Assembly (NCBI GenBank): GCA_963760725.1
Contig: CAVXET010000039.1
Location: forward strand, 63,497-127,496
Reading direction: 5' to 3'
Source: an uncultured Gammaproteobacteria bacterium
GTDB taxonomy: Bacteria > Pseudomonadota > Gammaproteobacteria > Steroidobacterales > Steroidobacteraceae
Length of the DNA: 64,000 nucleotides
Position numbers and translations under genes: made by a program
Shown: positions 1 to 8,914 of the stretch, in pieces
How positions within the stretch are numbered: position 1 is the stretch's first letter
Layout: every line of letters starts with the position of its first letter
Notes under the pieces: model-generated
What the model was told of the DNA's origin: nothing
Database searches by the model: none
What the model saw: only the letters and a program-made list of their open reading frames with translations

Positions 1-2455
1 CGAGCGCGTCGACCTCGTCGATGACCGGCTGGAACGCGCCCTTCGCGCGAGGTCGGCCATGCGTCGACACGCGAGAGCTTGTGGCGCAGCAGGCTCTTCG
101 GCGTCATCACGATGAGCGGCTTGCGCAGCGCGCGCAGCATCTGCCGGCGCAGCATGTGGAACATCTGCGCCGGCGTCGACGGCACGCAGACCTGGTGGTT
201 CAGCTCGGCGGAGAGCTGCAGGAAGCGCTCGAGCCGCGCCGAACTGTGCTCCGGGCCCTGCCCTTCGTAGCCGTGCGGCAGGAACAGCGTGATGCCGGAG
301 ACGCGGCCCCACTTGGCCTCGCCCGAGGTGATGAACTGGTCGATGACGACCTGCGCGCCATTCACGAAGTCGCCGAACTGGCCCTCCCAGATCACGAGCG
401 TCGACGGATCGGTCGTCGAGTAGCCGTACTCGAAGCCGAGCACCGCCTCCTCCGACAGCGTCGAGTCGATGACCCGGAAGCGGACCTTGTCCTTCGGCGA
501 CGCGCACGAGCGGCGTGTCGGTCCTGCCGGTCGCCTGGTCGTGCAGCACGGCGTGGCGGTGGAAGAACGTGCCGCGCGCCGTGTCCTGGCCGGTGAGGCG
601 GATGTCGTAGCCGTCCGTCAGGAGCGTCGCGTACGCCATCGTCTCGGCCGCGCCCCAGTCGAGCGGCAGCTCGTCCGCGTACATGCGCGCGCGGTCGTCG
701 ATGATGCGCGCCACGCGCGGGTGCAGCGTGAAGCCCGCGGGCGGCTTGGTGAGCGTCCTGGCGAGCGTCGTCCATGCGTTTGCCGGTCGACCGCCGTCGC
801 GACCTTCTCGGACAGGTCCGCGTCGATATGGCGGCTCCAGTCCACGGTGAACTTGTTGCCGCTCGTGCCGGCGAAGGCCCGCGCCTGCGGCCGATCCTCC
901 TCGAGGCCGCGCCGGTAGTCCTCGAACATCGCCGCGGCCTGGCCCTCGTCCAGCAGGCCGTCCTGCTCGAGGCGCTGGCCGTAGATCTGGCGCGCGGTCG
1001 CGTGCTTGCGGATCGCCTGGTACATGAGCGGCTGCGTCGCCGCCGGCTCGTCGGCCTCGTTGTGGCCGTGGCGCCGGTAGCAGACGAGGTCGATGACCAC
1101 GTCCTTGCGGAACTTCATGCGGTAGTCGAGCGCGAGGCGCGCCACGAACACGACCGCCTCCGGGTCGTCCGCGTTCACGTGGAAGATCGGCGCCTCGATC
1201 ATCTTGGCGACGTCGCTGCAGTACAGCGTCGAGCGCGCGTCCGTCGGCTCGCTGGTCGTGAAGCCGACCTGGTTGTTGATCACGACGTGCAGCGTGCCGC
1301 CGGTCGCGAAGCCGCGCGCCTGCGAGAGCTGCAGCGTCTCCATGACGACGCCCTGGCCGGCGAACGCCGCGTCGCCGTGGATCAGGAGCGGCAGGATCGT
1401 CGCGCCCGTGGCGTCGCCGCGCTGCTCCTGGCGCGCGCGCACCGAGCCCTCGACCACCGCGTCGACGATCTCGAGGTGCGAAGGATTGAAGGCGAGCACC
1501 ACGTGCACGTTGCCGCCCGTCGTGCGCAGGTCCGCCGAGAAGCCCTTGTGGTACTTGACGTCACCGGAGCCCCGGGTGGCGTCCGTGTCGAGCTTGCCCT
1601 CGAACTCCGAGAACAGCATCGACGGCGACTTGCCGAGCACGTTGACCAGCACGTTGAGGCGGCCGCGATGCGCCATGCCGATGACGATTTCCTCGACGCC
1701 GCGCGGCGCCGCTCCGCTGCACGACGTCGTCGAGCAGCGGGATCAGCGCGTCGCCGCCCTCGAGCGAGAAGCGCTTCTGGCCGACGTAGCGCGTGTGCAG
1801 GTAGCGCTCGAGGCCCTCGGCCGCCGTGAGCTGCCACAGCAGGTTCAGGCGCTCGTCGTTGGTGAAGCGGTGGTGCAGCCGCCCGTCCTGGAAGCGGTCC
1901 TGGAGCCACAGCCGCTCCTCGCTCGTCGATACGTGCGCGAACTCGGCGCCGATGCGGCCGGTGTAGATGTGCCGGAGCTGCTTCAGGATCTCCGACAGCT
2001 TCATCTGCTTGTCGACGCCGCTGGTGCGGCTCGCGGTGTGGAACATCGTGTCCAGGTCCGCCTCGGTCAGGCCGACGTAGGCCGGGATCGAGCACCTTGC
2101 GGCATCGGCCGCTGCATCAGGCCGAGCGGGTCGATGTCCGCGATCAGGTGGCCGCGGTTCGCGTAGAACTGGATGAGGCGCGAGACCGAGGACTGCTTCT
2201 CGCGCGTCCGGTGTGCGGCGTCGGATGCGCAGGCGCCGCGGTCGACGGTCGCACGGCGACGGAGCTCGGCACGGGCTTCGCTGCCGGCTCGCGCGGCGCT
2301 GGCGTGCCGCCGCCGACCTGCCCGAAGAAATCACGCCATTCGGCGCTGACGCTCGCCGGGTCGTCCAGGAAGCGCTCGTACTGTTCTTCGACGTACGGCG
2401 CCTGCGCGCTCGAGAACGGGCTCGATTCGTAGAGTTCGCGCAGGGAGCGGCTCAT
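1..2455 (-). pseudogene. sucA: 2-oxoglutarate dehydrogenase E1 component (SucA). The 3' end runs off the window and the gene has several frame breaks.
   Basis: The minus-strand ATG at 2455 gives MSRSLRELYESSPFSSAQAPYVEEQYERFLDDPASVSAEWRDFF. The sequence continues in ORF 1561-2334 (GRIGAEFAHVSTSEERLWLQDRF, YLHTRYVGQKRFSLEGGDALIPLLD) and ORF 618-1676 (MAHRGRLNVLVNVLGK, HGDAAFAGQGVV, CYRRHGHNEADEP). An open frame then runs to position 1 ([31 protein letters not shown]). These are hallmark E1o segments, but they lie in at least three frames, with breaks near 490, 780, 1680 and 2100-2290. Confidence 0.88.
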
Positions 2456-2469
2456 GGCCTGACGAATTA

Positions 2470-2487
2470 TACCGGACCTGTCCGGTA
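2470..2487. other. Inverted repeat/hairpin in the 46-nt gap between the subtilase stop and the sucA start
   Basis: TACCGGAC-CT-GTCCGGTA read directly. On the minus strand it is preceded by a T7 run and followed by TATAAT, which sits 10 nt before the sucA ATG. I cannot decide between terminator, operator or promoter context. Confidence 0.3.
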
Positions 2488-2501
2488 CGGAAAAAAACCT
2501 C

Positions 2502-4825
2502 TTACGCCTCGCAAGGCGGCGCCGGTAAAGGCTCCACCTCCTTGGCAAGCATCACAGCCTCGAGCACGTCTAGGCGACCGTAACCATAGAAGTCGCTGAT
2601 CCACGTCAAGCCCTTCTGTAGCGAACCGCACGTCGGGGCTCGGATGGTGGAATAGCGCCTCTGCCGGTGCGCCAACGACCCGTCTGCGCGTTGCCCGAGC
2701 AATCAACTACATCGGACGTGTTATCGCAATCAATCTTCACGGCCGAAGCACAAAGCACGCGACATACTTGATCCCAATTCAGGTTGGGATTGACTGTGAG
2801 CACCAGCGCCGCAGCGCCTGAAACCATCGCCGCGGCAGCGGACGTTCCGCCATGCATCGCGAGGCCCTTCCCTGCATTCGCGTCGTCGCTGCAGAGTGGC
2901 GCCTGCCCCAACCCAATTCGCGGGCTCAGCGATGGCGCTCCTTGGCCATTTGCGCACAGGTCGAGAAATGGACCATAGTTCGAACCTCGCGGGTGTGGCC
3001 GCCCATCCATCTCGGCGACCCATCGCGACTCGCTGTTGCCTTGAGTGTTCGTGTTGCCGACGCCGATCGTGAACGGAAACGTCGCGAGAGTCTGGTCGTC
3101 CTCGATGTCGCAATTGTCGTTGCCAGCCGAATACACCACTATGGTTCCTCGACCGCCGCGGCCAAGACAGGCTAGCTTCTTCAGGGCGTACTTGACACGC
3201 GCTTGCACCACCATCCCGCCCAAACCGTGCGAGCAATTGATGATGTCCGCCGGCTTGTCAATCGGCGACGCACCTGAAGCCCGCCTCGGAGGTGTCTCAC
3301 GAATGCCGCCGACCCATGCGTAGAGTGTCCGCATAGTTCCGTGTGTCCTGAATGAAAATGCCGGTGAACTCGAGCGCGAGATGATTCACGTGCGGAGCTA
3401 CACCAGCAATGCCGAACTCGTTGTCGGGTTTCGCTGAAATGAGGCCATATGTGGCCATTCCGTGCCACTTGCTCGCATCCAGCGCGGGAACTCCACTGCA
3501 GCCTGTATTTGACTCCACGCTGTAGCAATAGCGCAGCCGCTCGACATCGACATCGGGATGATCACTGCTGCCGGTCACGGAGTCGAACGTAATTCCGCTG
3601 TCGATCGATGCAACGCGGATTTCAGCCGATCCGTACCGCTTTGCCGGATCGATAGCCTCGAGGAAACACCATGCTTGCCTGACTCGCTGCCTCTCGAGAC
3701 TGCCCTGACAAGCGCTAAATGGATCACTTGTCGAGTTCGACTGGCAAAGAAACATCCTGATCAAACCTGCGATGGACCCGGCGCCGTGTGATGGTCCATG
3801 GTTCTGGATCTGGAAGAGGAGATTCGGCTCACCAGATAACAGGGTGCCTACCCGGTATTCACGATTGACGACGTTTAGATGACGCCCGATATTCTGTGGA
3901 TCCTCGAAATCGATCAGCCAGAAGTCACCGAGCGGCTCTGATTCCGGAATCATGTTTGCTTGCAGCGTCTTGGCATAGCGTTGGGCCTCCTCGCCGCTGA
4001 CGGTTCTCGGCAATTGCACGATATACTGGCTGTCGATGATTCGAACAATTCCGGCCTCTGTCTGCGTCGGAGCACCAACCCTTCCTCCATAGCCCGCAAA
4101 CACAGTCCTTAACTGGACTACTGCATCCGGCGTCACAAGAGTGTGGGCCTGGCCGGGATCCGGCTCGAACGAAAAGAACGAGACGGACGGATTGGCGGGC
4201 ACGAAGACAGCACCGAGCCATTCACACTGTCCATCTGCGCCCCGGTGTCGGGATCGCGCGTTACCGGCCGAAAGCCCGCGCCGGAAGCCCGGGCGTACAG
4301 ATCGGTTATCTCCTGGTCGCTCAACCGGCGCTCCATTGCGACGCCCGCTAGCCGGGCCCGAGGCTCAAAAGGAATCTCGATCCCGTCCAGCAGGTATGCC
4401 GGCCAACCGACCGGTACGAGGTACGTTCTAGCCACCGAAAGCGAGCCCTTCACTTCTATCGTCCGCTTGACGTCTCGATGACCCCTGGCGCGCACCGCGA
4501 TGGTGTAGGTTCTTCCAGTTTGAACGATCCTTTCGTATACCAGGCCCGAGCGGACTCTCGGCACGTCGAGCCACTGACCATCGACCTCAATGGCGATGCT
4601 TATGTCGACCGGCACTGCCCGGTTCGGCGGCGACCTCACCGTAACCCGGAGCAGCCCCGTCGCTCGTGCTGCGTCGTCCGGCGAAACCAGAGAGATAGTG
4701 GGGTCCGCACTCGCGTTTGTCGGCGCAAGAGCCAGCGTCGAAGCCGACGCTGCAATCGCCTTGATCAGCTGACGCCGATCCATAACAAGGCAGCCCGTTG
4801 AGGTCAATCGCTTGAAACGCCGCAT
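2502..4825 (-). pseudogene. Tat-signal subtilisin-like serine protease (peptidase S8) with a long N-terminal extension; about 3 frame breaks
   Basis: Four minus-strand pieces join into one subtilase only if frame changes are allowed near 4205-4245, 3300-3335 and 2690. Piece 4133-4825 carries a twin-arginine signal (DRRQLIKAIAASASTLALAPTNASA). Piece 3297-4202 carries VASIDSGI (catalytic Asp) and WHGMATYGLISA (catalytic His). Piece 2606-3334 carries INCSHGLGG, VVYSAGND (oxyanion Asn) and HGGTSAAAAMVSGAAAL (catalytic Ser). Piece 2502-2702 carries FYGYGRLDVLEAV, a typical S8 C-terminus. Confidence 0.8.
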
Positions 4826-4869
4826 AAGGCGACTCCTCTTCTGTCAGTGCCGGCCAGGTACACAGACTA

Positions 4870-5372
4870 CTAGTAGCAGCAGCAGGTGGCAGTCGTGCAA
4901 TGGCAGCGCTTCGGGAACTTGCATGGATCGGTGGAGGTGAGGGGTGCACATGCGGCGATCGTGCGCTCCTTGACGAAGCCAAGGTATTCAACACTCTCCG
5001 GAGAACCTGGAACGTCGTCGGCACCCGGGCTGGAGTTTCCGACTCTTGGTCAAACGTGTAGTAGACCGCCATAACCGCAAAACGTGACATGGGAACATTC
5101 GTTCCTGAGATGAGCGGGACGCTCCGTTCGGTCAACATCGGGACCGGCATGACAGAGTCGTCAATGTCGACCAGCTTGCGCGTTTCGATTTCCCCATCCG
5201 GAACCTCTTCGACTTGTAGGAGCCGACTCTGCGCATCGTAGTAGAAAGCGCGATACTTGCTCTGCGGGTCAGCCTGCGCGGGTGACGATGCAAGTACCAC
5301 CGCTAGCATCAATGCAATGGCGCAAAAGCGTGCGGAAAGAAGGTTCGTCTCCCGGAAAATATCGTTTGTCAT
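4870..5372 (-). pseudogene. Small secreted hypothetical protein. The N-terminal part is in the frame of ORF 4587-5372, and the probable true C-terminus is a Cys-rich tail in another frame.
   Basis: The N-terminus MTNDIFRETNLLSARFCAIALMLAVVLASSPAQA looks like a Sec signal peptide. After about 5000-5040 the listed frame loses GC3 bias and overlaps the next gene by more than 200 nt. A second frame reads PGADDVPGSPESVEYLGFVKERTIAACAPLTSTDPCKFPKRCHCTTATCCCY, with a TAG stop at 4870-4872, 44 nt before the next start. Confidence 0.5.
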
Positions 5373-5414
5373 AGTTGTCTCCTATTGGTTTCTTGCATGC
5401 GGTCCCAAGGAACG

Positions 5415-8400
5415 TCAAAACACGAGGGATGCCCGAAACAGCACCACTCGCTCCCGTGCGAATTGCCGGGTAAACAAGTCGGTCTCCTGGAAACGGTATT
5501 GCTCGTCGAACAGATTCCGCCCCTCGAGGGACAGCGTGCCTTGCCGATTCGGCAACCTATAGCCAAGGGTCAAGTCCGCAATCCAGAATGAATCCTCGTC
5601 CGGGACGGGCTCAGGCCCGGCGTCGATGAAGAAGAACTCGCCAGTTTGCCTCACATATGTTGCAGTCGCGCGCACGAAGAACTTGGACCATGCATGTACC
5701 GCCAGGCCGAGCGGCATCGCGCGCGTCTTGATCTTCACGATCAGCTCTTTGCCCGGGAACGCATCCGGTCTCTCGAATTCCTCCGCCGAGTATTCGCCGG
5801 TTACAGCAATCGAGTCGGTCGCCGCCCAATAGGCATGGAGACCCGTATTGCGCTCGTCCCATTCGAATCGCTCGCCCGACACGTCGAAGGGAACCGTCAG
5901 ATCGCGGCGACTCCACTCCGCTCCGACGAACAGACGGTCGGTAAAAGACTGATCGAAGGCAAAACCGGTCCTGCGCGAACTGGTCGCCGCAAGATCGTCA
6001 TAGAACTGGTTGAATCCTGCGACTTGGGTCGGCTCGATCGTCTCAGCTGCGGCAAACTGCCGAGCTAGCGTCTCAAACGTCGCCGCACGCAGAATCGCGC
6101 CTTGCCATTGGGGACCAAGTGAATCCGATCTTCGGGTTAACGTTGGTCCTCGAAGGCGTCAAGTCGTTGCGGTCGGCGAGGTAGTCGATGGACACGCCGA
6201 GGTGAATCGACAACGGGTAGTCCATCGGAGCTTGAATTCACGTATACGTACGCGTTTGCTGCGTGCGGTCGGAATCGGTCGGGACTCCTAAGAATAAGAT
6301 GCCTCCTGCGTCTCCGAGTCGAATCCGAGCCCGGTCACGAAATTGAACTTGTCCCGCACCAGGACATGCTGAGCCTCCCCGACGTAGGTACGAAGCAGTC
6401 CTGTTCGACCGCCAGTCTCACCCGACGATTCCGATTCGCTCACGCTGGTCAATGGCGGCGAGCGACACGATGAAATGTGAACCCGGCGCGAAGTCCTTCC
6501 TCATGCCTAGCCGGATCCGGAGATCCCGCACATCGTGCCTATCGTCAATTACAAGATTCGGATCAAAAGCGAGGAGCGGATCGCCGAAACGTGAGTTCGA
6601 ATGCCTAATGTCGGCTTGGACGCTCAAATCCGGCGCGGCCTGATGCTGCACGAATGCACCGTACAGCCGCTTGTCGAAATCGTCGTTTGCACGTGTGCCT
6701 TCGGTCGAGTACGCCAGCTGACTGAATGCAAACGCGGTTCGATCCTGGAGGCCTGATACGATCAGCTGGTCTCCCCAAGTGCCCAGGTTTCCTCCTAGGA
6801 CGTCAGCCTGAAACGCGAGGCCGTTTCGGGTGTACATGGGCGTGTACTCGTTGAACCCGGTTCCGGTCGGCCCGGTGGCCTTCAATACGAAGAAGTTGTC
6901 TTCGGTCAGCTGCGGCTGGATCGGATTCGTATTGAGCGGCTGAGTTAGCTGCGATTGCAGCAATTCGCTTCGTCGCGCGATCTCGTGCCTTGGAAGCGCG
7001 ACGTACGAATCGGCGAGGAATCGATGAGCCGATGAGCTGCCTGGATCGGCAATGATCGAGGCCGCGCTTTCCCGAAAGGCCTGCATGTTGAATCCAATTT
7101 CGTGATAAGCGCGGGCCAAGCTCACCGATCGCACGGCTCCGTCCTCGACCAGGAACTCCTTCGAGCGAAATACTGCGCGATTGTCGTTGAGTGCGATCGA
7201 TTCCTGGAGCTTCGTCACCGCATCGACCGGTTGGTTGATCGTCTGGAGTCGTATTGCGTCATACAGCAGTGGTGTGGGATCACGCGGATCCAGCTGTCTG
7301 GCAAGCTCGAATTGGGTGGCGGCCAGCGAGTCGCGATCCATGGAGCCTTCTTCGTAGTAGGCCTTGCCGACGTAACTCCGGAGAAGCGAGTTCGACGGGT
7401 CCAACGCAACCGCAATTTCGATCTGCTCCCTGCCTGGGATAAGTTCACCATCGCGGATTATCGCAAGCCCGAGCCCGAGTCTTGGCAGTGCGCTGAACGA
7501 GTCGCGGTCAATGGCCGCCGCGAAGTCCGACCTCGCGGCTTTCGTGTCGATCTGCGTAAGGTGAATGAATCCGAGCATGCTGTGCGCGTGACTCTCGGCG
7601 GGATTCGCCCTGATCGCCGCACGTGCCGCCTGCTCCGCGTTACGCGAGTCGCCGAGCGACAGCAACAACTCCGCCACGCGCGCGTGCGCCAGAGAACTGT
7701 CTCCCCGTAGCAACCCCGCCTTACGTGCGCTGGCGAGCGCACCCTCGAGATCGAAGGCTGCCTGCTGGGCGTAGGACGTCGCAAGCCAGCCCCGATAGTT
7801 TGCAGCGTCGGTTTCCGTTGCCTTAAGCGCCGATTCCAGTGCCGAGGCTTTGTCGTTCTTCGCAACCTGGATGACGGAGCGCAGGGCATGGGCATCGCTG
7901 CTCGAGGGATTGGACGCGAGCTCGGCGTCGATGGCCTTCAGGGCATCGTCGACGCTGCCCGCACGCAGCAGATTCTCGGCGGAGGAAATTCCAGACGTAG
8001 TCGAATGATCGCTTATCGGTGGGTACCGCAACACCCATTGCACGGCATCCTGCGGCCTGACAACGGTCGCGATCGCCGACGCACCACTCGGGCCGCTGAC
8101 CACACTTTGGCCTGCGGACACCAGCTCTGTATCGCCCGTTGCCAATGACTCCGATGAAACAGTCCCCTCTATCACCGTCAACTTCGACGCCTCTCGGCTC
8201 GCCTCCACCATGAATTCAGTGCCCTCCACTGCGGCATTCATGTGAGGAGTCGTAACCTTGAACTTCTTGGGAAATCGGGTGATGAGGTAAACGGCGCCAC
8301 AGCACCTCGACTTTTGTGCGCCTGTCGCGAGCTCGTCCGCGTGAAGCTCGATGTGGGTCACTTCGGCAGTCTGGCGAAGCGTGATCGTCGTGTTCTGGTC

Positions 8401-8778
8401 CAGGCGTACCAGAGTCTCCGGTTGGACGAAGAGTGCCGCACGGCTGAGGCCTGCGACGCGCAGCCGGTCGCCCGCGCAGACGGTCGTGTCGAGCCTTCGC
8501 ACGCTCGACCATGCTCCCGCCCCGCCTCGCTGCACGTGGACATCGCCCTGAAGCGATACGACGCGCGCGATGGCCGGCGCACAGGCCGGTGTTTCTTGCG
8601 CCTGAGCAGGCTCGCGGAACAACAACGCAAACCCAGCAGCCAACACGAACAGGGAGACCCGGACTCTCCCGTAATCGCGCGTGGCGCCGAGTGCCGGCCC
8701 GACCCCCATCTCCCCGCCCCCTTTTTGCTTGAAATCAAAAAGCTCGGGCGAATTTCTTTTACTTGGCTGCGGCTGCAC
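5415..8778 (-). pseudogene. Large envelope protein: signal peptide, FecR domain, long TPR region and C-terminal outer-membrane beta-barrel. It is disrupted between about 6100 and 6425.
   Basis: ORF 6418-8778 has a signal-like segment (VSLFVLAAGFALLFREPAQAQE) and FecR-type segments (VVSLQGDVHVQRGGAGAW...CAGDRLRVAGLSRAALFV; KVTTPHMNAAVEGTEFMV...TVIEGTV). About 350 aa of TPR-like helices follow. ORF 5415-5882 ends LSLEGRNLFDEQYRFQE...RASLVF, an OMP-type C-terminal Phe. My hand translation of 5882-6424 links the two through SGETGGRTGLLRTYVGEAQHVLVRDKFNFVTGLGFDSETQEASYS, DYPLSIHLGVSIDYLADRNDLTPSRTNVNPKIGFTWSP and WQGAILRAATFETLARQ...GAEWSRRDLTVPFDVSGERFEWDE, which lie in different frames. An alternative start is the Met at 8709. 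Confidence 0.75.
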
Positions 8779-8914
8779 GGTAGTCCTTCAGGCACCCCGG
8801 CGCAATGCGCGGCGGAGTTGCCGGTAGCCTTTGATGGCTAGAAGGCTAATGACGTACCGGGTAGGTTTCTGTCAGGGACCCGACAGTAGTCCGAAAAGTG
8901 ATTGAACTTGTCGA

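Noticed and set aside
392-2166. Overlapping ORFs inside the sucA region (392-775, 469-918, 774-1829, 1204-2166, 1382-2095) as independent genes
   Set aside because: All are alternative-frame or antisense readings of sucA DNA. The only sequences with recognisable motifs are the SucA fragments themselves.
4587-4869. The 3' extension of ORF 4587-5372 that overlaps the subtilase gene start by about 240 nt
   Set aside because: The extension has poor GC3 bias and an improbable Ser/Pro/Ala-rich sequence. An alternative frame gives a clean stop at 4870 with a normal intergenic spacer.
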